From contig DYEU01000005.1 in assembly GCA_020725555.1 (NCBI GenBank), positions 1,756 to 65,755 on the forward strand: 64,000 nt of DNA, in the 5' to 3' direction. The translations under genes were made by a program, and so were the position numbers. Origin of the DNA: Desulfatibacillum sp. (GTDB taxonomy: Bacteria > Desulfobacterota > Desulfobacteria > Desulfobacterales > SpSt-501). Positions within the stretch are counted from its first letter, which is position 1. Every line of letters begins with the position of its first letter. Positions 19,155 to 29,918 of the stretch are shown here, one piece after another. The notes beneath the pieces are model-generated. The model did no database searches. It worked only from the letters and a program-made list of their open reading frames with translations, and was not told where the DNA came from.

Positions 19155-21827
19155 ATGGAGCCTCTGACCACGATCCCCCCGCCGCCTTCCGGCCGCGAAC
19201 CCCGGGGCGCCGCCCAGGCCCTGAAGGAGACGTTCGGCGCGATCGCCGCCGAGCTGCTCGCGGCGGGGGCGCCCGAGGACATCGCGAAGCTGAGCCGCGC
19301 GGTGGACGAGTATTTCGAGGAGGCCTTCGCGGCCAGCCCGAGCGGGCCTTTCCTCGAGCTCAACCGCAACCCCTACGCCATCATCGCCCTCGGCGGCTAC
19401 GGCCGCGAGGAGCTCAACCTGCGCTCGGACATCGACCTCCTGTTTCTCTTCCGCCGCAAGACCCCCCGCGGCGCCGAGGCCCTCATCCGCGAAATGGTCT
19501 ACCCCCTCTGGGACCTCGGCCTCGAGGTGGGCTATGCCGTCCGTTCGCTCAAGGAGTGCCTCCGGCTCGCCGCCCGCGATTTCCAGGTGCTCACCCCGCT
19601 GCTCGACGCGCGGTTCGTCTGCGGGGTCTCGGTCCTCTTCTCCGAGCTTCTCGAAGCGCTGCGGGCGGAGCTGCTCGAGCGGCGCCGGGCCTGGGTGATC
19701 GAGAACCTCGTGGAGCAGACGCGGCTGCGGCACGAGCGCTTCGGCGACTCCGCCCACCTGCTGGAGCCGCACCTGAAGGAGGGCCAGGGGGGGCTGCGCG
19801 ACTACCACGGCCTGCGCTGGGCCGCGCGGCTCGACCACGAGGTGCTGCAGGCGCGGGATCTCGAATACGCGGGGTGGCTCTCCCACGGGGAGTTCGAGGA
19901 GCTCTGGGGCGCGCTGCGCTTCGTCTGGCGGGTGCGCGACCACCTGCACGACCTCGCGCGCCGGCGGGTCGACCGGCTTCATTTCGAACACCAGATCGCC
20001 ATCGCCGAGCGCCTGGGTTACCCCGCCGAAGGGGGGCAGCAGCCGGTCGAGCGCTTCCTCGGGGAGCTGCACCGCCACATGGGCGTCATCAAGCGGCTGC
20101 ACCTCGCCTGCATGCGCGAGCTCGCCGCACCCCGGGTGCGGCGCCGCGGCGCCTCGCCCGTTCTGCCCGAGGGGATCGCCGCCGTGCCGGGCGGGTTTCT
20201 CACCTTCGCGGGGCCCGAGGCGATCCTGGCGCGGCCGGAGATCCTCGTCCGCATCTTCACCGAAAGCGCCCGGTTGGGGTGGCCGCTCGCCGGCGAGGCC
20301 CGGCGGCTGATCCGCGAATTTCTCCATCTCGTCGACGGCCGCCTGCGCACGGCCCCGGCGGTCGTGCGCGCCCTCGAATCGCTGCTCGTCCACCCCCAGG
20401 CCGGGGAGGCGCTTCTCGACGACCTCCTGGCCACGGGGCTTCTCGAGGCCCTGATCCCCGAGTTCCGGGGGGTCGCCCACCGCATCCAGTACGACGAGTA
20501 CCACGTCTACCCCGTGGACCGGCATCTCCTGCACACGGTGATCGCCCTGCAGGCCCTCGCCGCGCGGCCGCCGGGGGGGGTGGACGACCTTCCCGGCCGG
20601 CTCTACCGGGAGCTGCCGCGCAAAGGGCTCCTCCACTGGGCGGCCCTGCTGCACGACATCGGCAAGGCCGAGCCCGCCCCCGGGCACGCCGCCCGTGGGG
20701 CCGAGATCGTCCGCCGCATCCTCGCCGAGCGGGGGTTTTCCGAGGCGGACCGCGAGACGGCGGCTTTCCTCGTGCGCGAGCACCTGCTGCTGATCCAGAC
20801 GGCGACCCGCCGCGACATCCACGACGAGGAAACGGCGCTCGTCTGCGCCCGGGCCATCCCCGACGCCGAGTCCCTCAAGATGCTCTACCTCCTCACCGTC
20901 GCCGACGCCCAGGCGACCGGACCCGCGGCCTGGTCCGACTGGACGGCTCACCTTCTGGAGGAGTTCTTCCTCAAGGTGCTCAACGTCCTCGAGCAGGGCG
21001 ATCTCGCCAGCCGCCGGACCCAGGAAACGATCGCGCGCAAGGAGCAGGCCCTCCTCGCCTCGGCCGCCTCGGAGGAGGAGCGCCGGCGCTTCCGGGAGGT
21101 CTTTCCCCTCCTCAGCCCGCGCTACCTCCTCGCCATGGAACCCGGGGAGATCGCGGCCCACGTCGCCCTCGCCGCGCGCCTCGGGGGGCGGGGCTTCGTT
21201 TGGGAGATCCAGCCCGCATCCGGCGGGAAAACCCGCCGCCTCACGGTCTGCGCCAAGGACCGGCCGGGGCTGGTCGCCAGCCTGGCCGGCGTCTTCACCC
21301 TGAACGGGATCCACATTCTCGACGTTCTCGTCTTCACCTGGAAAAACGGCGTCGCCCTCGACCGCTTCGAGCTCCGGCCGCCGCCGGACCCGATCTTCGA
21401 GGAGGAGCGCTGGGAGCGCGTCGCCCGGCATCTCGAGGAAGTCCTCGCCGGAAGGCTCGATCTCGCCTCGGCGCTCGCCCCGCGGCTCGATGCCGCCCGC
21501 GCCGCGGCCCGGCCCCGCGCCGGCCGGAAACCCCACCGCGTGCGCATCGACAACACGAGCTCGAGCTTCTTCACCCTCGTCGAGGTCTTCACCTACGACT
21601 TCCCGGGCCTGCTCTACTGCATCGCCGATGCCCTCTACCGCGCCGGCCTCGACATCCGCGTCGCCAAGATCGCCACCCAGGTGGACCAGGTGCTGGATGT
21701 CTTCTACGTCCGCGATCTCGCGGGCGGAAAACTCTTGGAACCGGAGCGGGTCGCCGCGCTCGAGCGGGAGATTCTCAAGCGCCTCGCCCCCCCGGAATCT
21801 TCGCGGAAAGGAGAACCCACCCCATGA
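19155..21827 (+). CDS. glnD: PII uridylyltransferase/uridylyl-removing enzyme
   Basis: ALGGYGR...SDIDL, KEGQGGLRD, LLHDIGK (HD), two ACT domains (DRPGL; DFPGLL...KIATQVDQVLDVFY). Confidence 0.94.
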   Translation: MEPLTTIPPPPSGREPRGAAQALKETFGAIAAELLAAGAPEDIAKLSRAVDEYFEEAFAASPSGPFLELNRNPYAIIALGGYGREELNLRSDIDLLFLFRRKTPRGAEALIREMVYPLWDLGLEVGYAVRSLKECLRLAARDFQVLTPLLDARFVCGVSVLFSELLEALRAELLERRRAWVIENLVEQTRLRHERFGDSAHLLEPHLKEGQGGLRDYHGLRWAARLDHEVLQARDLEYAGWLSHGEFEELWGALRFVWRVRDHLHDLARRRVDRLHFEHQIAIAERLGYPAEGGQQPVERFLGELHRHMGVIKRLHLACMRELAAPRVRRRGASPVLPEGIAAVPGGFLTFAGPEAILARPEILVRIFTESARLGWPLAGEARRLIREFLHLVDGRLRTAPAVVRALESLLVHPQAGEALLDDLLATGLLEALIPEFRGVAHRIQYDEYHVYPVDRHLLHTVIALQALAARPPGGVDDLPGRLYRELPRKGLLHWAALLHDIGKAEPAPGHAARGAEIVRRILAERGFSEADRETAAFLVREHLLLIQTATRRDIHDEETALVCARAIPDAESLKMLYLLTVADAQATGPAAWSDWTAHLLEEFFLKVLNVLEQGDLASRRTQETIARKEQALLASAASEEERRRFREVFPLLSPRYLLAMEPGEIAAHVALAARLGGRGFVWEIQPASGGKTRRLTVCAKDRPGLVASLAGVFTLNGIHILDVLVFTWKNGVALDRFELRPPPDPIFEEERWERVARHLEEVLAGRLDLASALAPRLDAARAAARPRAGRKPHRVRIDNTSSSFFTLVEVFTYDFPGLLYCIADALYRAGLDIRVAKIATQVDQVLDVFYVRDLAGGKLLEPERVAALEREILKRLAPPESSRKGEPTP

Positions 21828-23125
21828 TGCGCCGCACCCTGTCCCGAGCCGCGCTGGCGGCCGGGCTTCTCGTCCCGGGCTCGCTCGCCTGGGCGGGAGA
21901 TCCCGTCCTGAACTCCGGCGACACGGCCTGGATGATCGTCGCCACCGCTCTCGTCATGGTGATGACGCCCGCCGGCCTCGCCCTGTTCTACGGCGGCATG
22001 TCGCGCTACAAGAACCTCCTGAACACGCTGGCCATGACCTTCGCGGCCTATTGCCTGGCGAGCCTGGTCTGGGTCGCCTGGGGCTACAGCCTCGCCTTCG
22101 GCCCGGATCTCGGAGGCGTGATCGGCGGGACAAGCCGCCTGTTTCTCTCCGGGATCACCCCGGCGGATCTGGAGGGCACCATCCCGGCCAACGTCTTCGC
22201 CCTCTTTCAGATGACCTTCGCCGCGATCACCGTCGCCCTGGTGCTCGGCTCCGTCGTGGATCGCATGAAGTTTTCGGCCTGGCTCGTCTTCTGCGTCCTC
22301 TGGGTGAGCCTCGTCTACTGCCCGGTCGCGCACTGGGTGTGGGGCAAGGGGTGGATGGCCGGCCTGGGGGCGCTCGACTTCGCCGGCGGGACCGTCGTGC
22401 ACATCAACGCCGGGGTCGCCGGTCTCGTCCTGGCCCTCCGGCTCGGCCCGCGGATCGGCTACGGCAAAGAGGCGATGTTCCCCTCGAGCATCGCCCTCAC
22501 GGCCATCGGGGCGGCGCTCCTGTGGTTCGGCTGGTTCGGCTTCAACGCGGGCAGCGCGCTCGTCGCCGACGGCCTGGCGGGGTCGGCCTTTCTGGTGACC
22601 AACACCTCGGCCGCCGCCGCGGCCCTCTGCTGGATGTTCACCGAGTGGGCCGTCAACCGCAAGCCCACGGTGCTCGGCATCGCCTCGGGCGTCGTGGCCG
22701 GGTTGGTCGCCATCACCCCCGCGGCCGGCTTCGTCGGGCTGGGCGCCTCGATCCTGATCGGGGCCGCGGCGGGTTGCCTGGGCTTCTTCGCGGTCGCGCG
22801 GGTCAAGGCGCGGCTGGGGTACGACGACACGCTCGACGCCTTCGGGGTGCACGGCGTCTGCGGCGCCCTGGGGGCGCTGGCGACCGGCCTGTTCGCCGAC
22901 CCGGCCGTGAACCCCGCGGGCGCCGGGCTTTTCTTCGGCAACCCTGCCCAGCTCGGCATCCAGGCGCTCTCCATCGCGGCGACGGCCCTCTACACCGCGG
23001 TGGCGACCTGGCTGCTGGCCAGGTTCACCGGCCTGCTCACGGGCGGGCTGCGGGTCGACGAGGAAAACGAACGCATCGGCCTGGACGGCGCCGTGCACGG
23101 CGAACGGGCTTTTGAAATCGAATGA
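21824..23125 (+). CDS. amtB: Ammonium transporter
   Basis: GDTAWM, FQMTFAAIT, DFAGGTVVH, WFGWFGFNAGS, DDTLDAFGVHG; ATGA overlap with glnD. Confidence 0.95.
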   Translation: MMRRTLSRAALAAGLLVPGSLAWAGDPVLNSGDTAWMIVATALVMVMTPAGLALFYGGMSRYKNLLNTLAMTFAAYCLASLVWVAWGYSLAFGPDLGGVIGGTSRLFLSGITPADLEGTIPANVFALFQMTFAAITVALVLGSVVDRMKFSAWLVFCVLWVSLVYCPVAHWVWGKGWMAGLGALDFAGGTVVHINAGVAGLVLALRLGPRIGYGKEAMFPSSIALTAIGAALLWFGWFGFNAGSALVADGLAGSAFLVTNTSAAAAALCWMFTEWAVNRKPTVLGIASGVVAGLVAITPAAGFVGLGASILIGAAAGCLGFFAVARVKARLGYDDTLDAFGVHGVCGALGALATGLFADPAVNPAGAGLFFGNPAQLGIQALSIAATALYTAVATWLLARFTGLLTGGLRVDEENERIGLDGAVHGERAFEIE

Positions 23126-23497
<372 letters not shown>

Positions 23498-23561
23498 ACG
23501 CGCTCGGCCAAACGACGGCTCTCAACCCGGTGGATTCTCCCTATCCACGAAAAGGAGGAAA

Positions 23562-24977
23562 ATGATGAAACCCAAAGAGGTACTGGCGTTCGCCAAGGAA
23601 CAGGGCGCCCGCATGCTCGATCTGCGCTTCATGGATTTTCCCGGGCTGTGGCAGCACTTCTCCGTCCCCATCCACCAGCTCGACGAGGGAAGCTTCGAGG
23701 ACGGCTTCGGCTTCGACGGCTCGAGCATCCGCGGCTGGCAGCCGATCAACGCCAGCGACATGCTGGTCATCCCCGACCCGGCGACGGCGCGCATGGACCC
23801 CTTCACCCAGGAGCCGACGCTCGTCATGATCTGCGACATCGTCGACCCGGTCACCCGCGCGCCCTACACGCGGGACCCGCGCCACATCGCCCGCAAGGCC
23901 GAGGCCTACCTCAAGAGCACGGGGATCGCCGACATCGCCTACATGGGGCCGGAGGCCGAGTTTTTCATCTTCGACGACATCCGCTACGAGTCGAACTCCT
24001 ACGGCGCCTTCTACGAGATCGACTCGATCGAGGGGACCTGGAACACGGGGCGTGAGGAGGGGCCGAACCTCGGCTACAAGCCGCGGCCCAAGGAGGGCTA
24101 TTTCCCCGTGCCGCCGATGGACAAGTTCCAGGACCTGCGCACGGAGATGGTGCTCGTGCTCGAGCGGCTCGGCATCGAGGTCGAGGCCCAGCACCACGAG
24201 GTCGCCACCGCCGGTCAGGCCGAAATCGACATGAAGTTCAAGCCCCTGCTCCAGATGGCCGACCAGCTCATGTGGTTCAAGTACGTGCTCAAGAACGTGG
24301 CCTACCGCCGCAACCACACCGTGACCTTCATGCCCAAGCCCCTCTTCGGCGACAACGGCTCGGGCATGCACACCCACGTGAGCCTCTGGAAGGACGGGAA
24401 AAACCTCTTCGCCGGGGACAAGTACGCGGGGGTCTCGCAGACGACGCTCTACGCCATCGGCGGCATCCTCAAACACTGCCGCGCCCTCTGCGCGATCACC
24501 AACCCCACGACGAACTCCTACAAGCGGCTCGTCCCGGGATACGAGGCGCCCGTCAACCTCGCCTACTCCAGCCGCAACCGCAGCGCGGCGATCCGCATCC
24601 CGATGTACTCGACCTCGCCCAAGGCGAAGCGAATCGAGTTCCGCACCCCGGACCCCTCCTGCAACGGCTACCTCGCCTTCGCCGCGATCCTGATGGCCGT
24701 GATCGACGGCATCCAGAACAAGATCGACCCCGGGGACCCCCTCGACAAGAACATCTACGATCTGCCTCCCGAGGAGCTCGCCCAGGTGCCCTCGGCCCCG
24801 GGATCGCTCGAGGAGGCGCTCGCCTGCCTGAAGGCCGACCCGGACTTTTTGCTCAAGGGCGATGTCTTCACCCGGGATGCGCTCGAGATGTGGATCGAGT
24901 ACAAGACCCGCACCGAGGTCGACGCCGTGCGCCTGCGGCCGCACCCCCACGAGTTCTTCCTCTACTTCGACATCTGA
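23562..24977 (+). CDS. glnA: Type I glutamine synthetase
   Basis: [46 protein letters not shown], adenylylation-site region [10 protein letters not shown]. Confidence 0.97.
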   Translation: MMKPKEVLAFAKEQGARMLDLRFMDFPGLWQHFSVPIHQLDEGSFEDGFGFDGSSIRGWQPINASDMLVIPDPATARMDPFTQEPTLVMICDIVDPVTRAPYTRDPRHIARKAEAYLKSTGIADIAYMGPEAEFFIFDDIRYESNSYGAFYEIDSIEGTWNTGREEGPNLGYKPRPKEGYFPVPPMDKFQDLRTEMVLVLERLGIEVEAQHHEVATAGQAEIDMKFKPLLQMADQLMWFKYVLKNVAYRRNHTVTFMPKPLFGDNGSGMHTHVSLWKDGKNLFAGDKYAGVSQTTLYAIGGILKHCRALCAITNPTTNSYKRLVPGYEAPVNLAYSSRNRSAAIRIPMYSTSPKAKRIEFRTPDPSCNGYLAFAAILMAVIDGIQNKIDPGDPLDKNIYDLPPEELAQVPSAPGSLEEALACLKADPDFLLKGDVFTRDALEMWIEYKTRTEVDAVRLRPHPHEFFLYFDI

Positions 24978-25005
24978 GGCGCACGGCGCGGCTCTGCCGC
25001 GGCCG

Positions 25006-25043
25006 GGGCCCCCGGGCGGATTTCCCCGCCCGGGGGCCCTTTT
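25006..25043 (+). terminator. Intrinsic terminator after glnA
   Basis: 14-bp stem GGGCCCCCGGGCGG / CCGCCCGGGGGCCC followed by TTTT. Confidence 0.7.
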
Positions 25044-25124
25044 CGCTTGGCGGGGATGCGGGGGGCAAGGCGGCCCCGGGAGGGGGGGATCCCTCGGGCC
25101 GGGTCCGGGGCGGCCCCCCGCCCG

Positions 25125-26660
25125 CTAGGGCCGGTAGATGCGGTAGTCGATCCCGTGGCGGCGCGCCTTGTAGGCGAACTTGCGCACGGTCGTGCGCAGG
25201 AGCGCCGCCGCGGCGGTGATGTTGCCGCGGGTGTTCTTGAGGGCGTCGATCAGCATCTCGCGCTCGAGCTTGGCGACGGCCTCGTCGAGTGCGACCGCGG
25301 GCAGGGTCCCGGACTCGGTGCCGGTCTGCAGCGTGGGGGGGAGATGGTAGCTGTGGATCACGCCCTCCTCGCACAGCAGGACGGCGCGCTCGATGCAGTT
25401 TTCGAGCTCGCGCACGTTTCCCGGCCAGTGGTACTGCATGAGCATGTCGATCGCCGGGGTGGAGAACCGCCGGATGTCCTTTCCGTTCTCGCGGGCGTAC
25501 TTCTCGAGAAAATAATCCGCGAGCAGCAGGATGTCGGTCTTGCGCTCGCGAAGCGGCGGCATGTAGATTGGAAAGACGTTCAGCCGGTAGTAGAGGTCGC
25601 CGCGGAAGTCCCCCTTCTCCACCGCCTGCTCGAGGTTCGAGTTCGTCGCCGCGATCACGCGCACGTCCACCCGGATCGTGCGCTGCCCGCCCACGCGGTC
25701 GAACTCCTTCTCCTGCAGGATCCGGAGCAGGTTCGCCTGCACGTCGAGGTTGAGCGAGCCGATCTCGTCGAGAAAGATGGTGCCGCGGTGGGCGAGCTCG
25801 AACTTGCCGATCTTCTGGCGGATCGCGCCCGTGAAGGCGCCCTTTTCGTGGCCGAAGAGCTCGCTTTCGATCAGGTTCTGGGGGAGCGCGGCGCAGTTCA
25901 CCTTGACGAAGGGGCCGTTGGCCCGCGGGCTGTTGTAGTGGATGGAGTTGGCGACCAGCTCCTTGCCGGTCCCGCTCTCGCCGCGGATGAGGACCGTCGC
26001 GTTGCTGCGGCAGACGCGGGAGATCATCTGAAAGACCTCCCGCATGCGGTTGGAGCTGCCGATGATGTGGCCGAAGCTGTACTTGTTCTGGAGCTCCGAC
26101 TGCAGCCTGCGGTTCTCCTCGCGCAACCGCTCGTGCTCGAGGCGGATGGTCTCGAGCTTGCTCACGTGGCTGGCGAGCATCGTGGCGACGACCGAAAGCA
26201 GCCGCTTGCCCTCCTCCAGGGGGTAGTCCGGGTCGAAGGGGCGGTCGACGCTCAGGGCGCCGATCACCTGGCTGCCCTTCTTGATCGGGACGCAGAAAAA
26301 GGAGAGCTCGGCCGTCTTCTTGCCGCGGCGGCTCGCCGTGCGGTCGAGGAAGCGGGGCTCCTCGCTGATCCGCGCCACGGCCACGGCCTTGCCGCTCTGG
26401 ATCACCTCGCCCGTCACCCCCTCCCCCAGCTTGTAGCGCACGCGCGCGATCGCCGCCGGGGCGATGCCGTGGGCGACCTCGATGCGGATCTCCTCCTTCA
26501 GGGGGTCGAGCAGCGTGATCGTCCCGCGCACCATGTTCATCGAGCCGGAGAGGATGTCGAGGACCTTGTAGAGCGAGCGCCGCAGGTCGAGGTGCTCGTT
26601 CAAGGCCTTGGAGATCTCGTAGAGGAGGGCGATGTGCTCGACACGCTCGATTTTCATCAC
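25125..26660 (-). CDS. Sigma54-dependent activator, GAF-AAA+-HTH (NifA-like architecture)
   Basis: N-terminal [37 protein letters not shown]-terminal Fis-type HTH. Confidence 0.92.
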   Translation of the reverse strand: MMKIERVEHIALLYEISKALNEHLDLRRSLYKVLDILSGSMNMVRGTITLLDPLKEEIRIEVAHGIAPAAIARVRYKLGEGVTGEVIQSGKAVAVARISEEPRFLDRTASRRGKKTAELSFFCVPIKKGSQVIGALSVDRPFDPDYPLEEGKRLLSVVATMLASHVSKLETIRLEHERLREENRRLQSELQNKYSFGHIIGSSNRMREVFQMISRVCRSNATVLIRGESGTGKELVANSIHYNSPRANGPFVKVNCAALPQNLIESELFGHEKGAFTGAIRQKIGKFELAHRGTIFLDEIGSLNLDVQANLLRILQEKEFDRVGGQRTIRVDVRVIAATNSNLEQAVEKGDFRGDLYYRLNVFPIYMPPLRERKTDILLLADYFLEKYARENGKDIRRFSTPAIDMLMQYHWPGNVRELENCIERAVLLCEEGVIHSYHLPPTLQTGTESGTLPAVALDEAVAKLEREMLIDALKNTRGNITAAAALLRTTVRKFAYKARRHGIDYRIYRP

Positions 26661-26758
26661 TGTTTTGAATCCGACTTGATCGTTTTTTACAATTTTGTGA
26701 AATTATACCCCATCCCCCGGCGCGGCGCAAGCGCCGCGCCGGGCGGCGGAGGGCGGCG

Positions 26759-27970
26759 GTGATCCTGCACGTCGACATGGATGCCTTCTACGCCGCGGTC
26801 GAGCAGCGCGACCGGCCGGAGCTTCGCGGCCGGCCGGTCGTGGTCGGCGGGATGGGGGGCCGGGGGGTCGTGGCCGCGGCGAGCTACGAGGCCCGCGCCT
26901 TCGGGGTGCGCTCGGCCCTGCCCACGGCCGAGGCGCGCCGGCTTTGCCCGCAAGCCGTCTTTCTCGCCCCCCGACCGGAGCGCTACCGCGAGGTCTCCCG
27001 CCGCATCCGCGAGGTGCTCGCCTCCTTCAGCCCGATCGTCGAGCCCGTCTCGATCGACGAGGCCTTCCTCGACCTCGCCGGCACCGAACGCCTTTACGGC
27101 CCGCCGCCGGCGGCCGGGCGGCTGCTCAAAGAGCGGATCTTCGCCGCGGTCGGGCTGACCGCCTCGGTCGGCATCGCCCCCAACCGGTTTCTCGCCAAGG
27201 CCGCCTCGGATTTCGCCAAACCCGACGGCCTGACCGTGATCGCCCCCGGCGAGGAGGCCGCGTTCCTTGCGGTCCTCCCGCTCGAGAAGGCGCCGGGCGT
27301 GGGCCCCCGGATGCGGGAGCGGCTTGCGCGCTTCGGGGTGCGCTTTCTGGGCGAGCTCGCCCGCATCCCCGAGGGGGAGCTCGTCGCCCTCCTCGGCGCG
27401 GCCGGCCAAAGGCTGGCCGCGCTCGCCCGCGGCATCGACCCGACCCCCGTGACCCCGCCTTCGCCCCCGCGCTCCTTGGGCAGCGAGTGCACGCTCGACC
27501 GCGACACGCGCGACCGGGACCTGCTCGCGCGGCTGCTGCTCGCCCACGCCGAGGCCGTGGCCGCCGAGCTGCGCGCGGCGGACGCGGCCGCGCGCACGGT
27601 CGTGCTCAAGATCCGGCTTGCGGATTTCTCGCTCAAGACCCGGCGGCGCACGTGGGCCGCTGCGGCCTCCTCCTCGCGCGAGCTGTACCGCCGGGCGCTC
27701 GCCCTGCTCGAGGGGTTTCCGCTCGGCCAGCCGGTGCGGTTGATCGGCCTGGCGGCGGCCGGCCTGGTCGCGGCGGGCCTTCCCCGCCAGCCGCCCCTCT
27801 TCGGCGAGCAGGGGCGCCGGTCCGCGGAGTGGGAGCGGGTCGACCGCGCCATGGCCTCGATTCAGGAGCGGTTCGGGGACGGGGCGGTCGGCCGGGCGAG
27901 CCTCAGGGAGCCGCGAAAGACGCCGGCCCCAGGACCGCGAGGAGGCGGCCGACGACCTGGTCGGGGGTGA
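26759..27970 (+). CDS. dinB: DNA polymerase IV
   Basis: ILHVDMDAFYAAVE, AASYEAR, SIDEAFLD, KAASDFAKPDG. Confidence 0.93.
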   Translation: MILHVDMDAFYAAVEQRDRPELRGRPVVVGGMGGRGVVAAASYEARAFGVRSALPTAEARRLCPQAVFLAPRPERYREVSRRIREVLASFSPIVEPVSIDEAFLDLAGTERLYGPPPAAGRLLKERIFAAVGLTASVGIAPNRFLAKAASDFAKPDGLTVIAPGEEAAFLAVLPLEKAPGVGPRMRERLARFGVRFLGELARIPEGELVALLGAAGQRLAALARGIDPTPVTPPSPPRSLGSECTLDRDTRDRDLLARLLLAHAEAVAAELRAADAAARTVVLKIRLADFSLKTRRRTWAAAASSSRELYRRALALLEGFPLGQPVRLIGLAAAGLVAAGLPRQPPLFGEQGRRSAEWERVDRAMASIQERFGDGAVGRASLREPRKTPAPGPRGGGRRPGRG

Positions 27971-28427
27971 GGCCGTCGGTGGCGACCACGAGGTCCGCGG
28001 CACGGCGGTAGAGGGGGTCGCGCTCCGCCCAGAGCTCTTCGAGGCCCCGGCCGGGGGCGATCACGACCCCGCGGGCATCGAGGTCCGCAAGCCGCTCCTT
28101 CAGGCGTTCGGCCGAGAGCATCAGGTAGACGGAGATCCCCCCTTGCCGCAGGTGGCGCATCGCCGCCTCGCGGTAGACGACGCTTCCGCCGGGGGCGACC
28201 ACGCAGCCCGCAAAGGAAAGCGACAGGACGTGGCGTTCCTCGAGCCGGCAGAAGCCCTCGGGGCCGTGCTCGCGGATCAGCTCCCGGAGGCTCTTGCCCT
28301 CGCGGCGATGGATCACGAGGTCGGTGTCGAGAAAGGAGAAGTTGAGGCGCTTGGCGAGGAGCACGCCGACGGTGCTTTTCCCGGCGGCGGGCATGCCGAT
28401 CAGGACGACGTGGCCGAAGGGCGGCAT
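27903..28427 (-). CDS. aroK: Shikimate kinase
   Basis: LIGMPAAGKSTVG, FLDTD, PGGSVV, ERDPLY. Confidence 0.9.
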   Translation of the reverse strand: MPPFGHVVLIGMPAAGKSTVGVLLAKRLNFSFLDTDLVIHRREGKSLRELIREHGPEGFCRLEERHVLSLSFAGCVVAPGGSVVYREAAMRHLRQGGISVYLMLSAERLKERLADLDARGVVIAPGRGLEELWAERDPLYRRAADLVVATDGLTPDQVVGRLLAVLGPASFAAP

Positions 28428-28500
28428 GGCCGCATCCCGAAAAGAGCGCCGCGGCCGAACGGCCGCGGCGTCCCGCCTCCGGGGGGAACGGGGGCCCGGC

Positions 28501-29529
28501 TCACGGCGTGCGCCGCCGGACCGCGGCAAACGCGAGAAGCCCGGCGGCCATGAGGGCGAGCGTTCCCGGCTCCGGGACCGGCCTGGCCGGGAGACGTCCC
28601 GCGAAGAGCTCGTTGTGCGCTTCCCCGGTTCCGAAGAGCGAGCGTGCGATCAGCCCGCCCTCGATGTGGCCGTCGAAGAAGCGCACCTTCGCCCAGGGGG
28701 CGAGGACCGTCCCGTGCACCTCGATGCCGGCGATCTTGAGCGCGGTCGCCTCGTAGAAGTTGTAGAGGATGCGGTCGTCGGGGAAACGGCCCTCCGTGTC
28801 CTGGTCGCCGTAGAGGCCGTTGAACCAGAAGCCGAAGCCTTCCATGCGGCCGATCTTCCCCGCGATGTTGACCAGGACCGTGGAGCCTTCGGGGGCCTCG
28901 ATCCGGAAATCGCCGATGCGCACGAGGTCCCAGGCGGAGAGGGTGAAGATGTTGAGCCGGGGATCGGACCCCTTGAGGGTGAGGTTCGGCTTGAGGTCTG
29001 GCCGTCCGGGGTCCCCGCCCGCCTTTTCGACCGTGCCGTTTGGCGCTAGATTTCCCCAATAAGAGGACAGTTCCCGCAACTGGTCGCGCTCGCGATGGAA
29101 ATCGATCGGCGGCGGGGTCTTTTCCCTCAGGGTGTCGTAGGTGAAGGTCGGGTAGCCGCCGGCGTCCTTGCCGATGAAGGCCCTGCCGCCGACGACGATG
29201 TCGCCCTTTTTGTAGGCGGGGTCCCCGGAGTTCTCCTGGGGGAAGTAGCCGACACTGCCGCGCCGAGCGAAGAGGCTTCCGCCCACGATCAGCTCCGGGT
29301 CGGTGTCGTTGCCGTCCCGCTCGCGGATGAGCCGCGCAACCGACATGTCCGAGTAGAAGACGTTTCCGCCGGCGGCGACACGGCCCTCGGTGTCCGTCCT
29401 CCACTGCACAAGGTCCTCGAAGACGAAGACGTTGAACGCGGAGGCGACCCCCAGGGCCGAGGCAAGGGCGAGTGCCGGGAAACCGGATAACAAAAAAACC
29501 AAGGCACCCGCTACGGCCGTTCTTTTCAT
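28501..29529 (-). CDS. Choice-of-anchor A family secreted protein with PEP-CTERM tail
   Basis: Signal peptide; FNVFVF...DTEGRVAAGGN...ILYNFYEAT...GTVLAPWA; ends VPEPGTLALMAAGLLAFAAVRRR. Confidence 0.85.
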   Translation of the reverse strand: MKRTAVAGALVFLLSGFPALALASALGVASAFNVFVFEDLVQWRTDTEGRVAAGGNVFYSDMSVARLIRERDGNDTDPELIVGGSLFARRGSVGYFPQENSGDPAYKKGDIVVGGRAFIGKDAGGYPTFTYDTLREKTPPPIDFHRERDQLRELSSYWGNLAPNGTVEKAGGDPGRPDLKPNLTLKGSDPRLNIFTLSAWDLVRIGDFRIEAPEGSTVLVNIAGKIGRMEGFGFWFNGLYGDQDTEGRFPDDRILYNFYEATALKIAGIEVHGTVLAPWAKVRFFDGHIEGGLIARSLFGTGEAHNELFAGRLPARPVPEPGTLALMAAGLLAFAAVRRRTP

Positions 29530-29585
29530 CTTCCCCCCTTTTTCCTTGCGGGTTGGCGGCGGCGACAATACGGTGAAGTTTAGTT

Positions 29586-29614
29586 AAATTATCAGCGCCG
29601 GGCGCGGCTGTCAA
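29586..29614 (-). promoter_or_regulatory. Sigma70-like promoter of the PEP-CTERM gene
   Basis: Minus strand TTGACA-N17-TAATTT. Confidence 0.45.
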
Positions 29615-29722
29615 TAGACGGATCCACAACCTGCAAGAATCAATGACAAATTGCCGGGGCCAACCCGCGGGAAACTCCCTTTGGGCAATGATCCGTACAT
29701 ATTGATCGAATTGCAGGTTGAC

Positions 29723-29738
29723 ACACAATATGTTGTGT
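29723..29738. promoter_or_regulatory. NrdR box
   Basis: ACACAATATGTTGTGT fits the NrdR consensus acaCwAtATaTwGtgt, lies upstream of nrdJ and overlaps TTGACA at 29718-29723. Confidence 0.8.
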
Positions 29739-29918
29739 GCAAAATGAAATACCAGATGCCGGCCTGCGGGCTGCCGGCCGCATGACCTACGCCGCATTTC
29801 ATTCCCGGACAGGCTCCCCATGCTTATCTTGACGAGTCAAAGCCCGTGAAACGGCGGCCTGCAGGCGCCGCCGCAACCTGAAACCCCGTTTCCCGCCCAG
29901 CGGACGAGGACCCTCACC

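Noticed and set aside
25125-26660. Calling the activator nifA and inferring nitrogen fixation
   Set aside because: No nif genes in the window and no TGT-N10-ACA sites noticed at the two sigma54 promoters
26661-26758. LexA/SOS box upstream of dinB (also checked upstream of recN)
   Set aside because: No recognisable LexA motif shared by the two regions
29645-29692. Possible c-di-GMP (GEMM) riboswitch in TTGCCGGGGCCAACCCGCGGGAAAC...GGCAA
   Set aside because: Lacks the GGCAAAC...GACGCAAAGC core and the second stem
29760-29918. Cobalamin riboswitch upstream of the B12-dependent nrdJ
   Set aside because: No B12-box or other conserved riboswitch elements seen; the NrdR box accounts for the regulation
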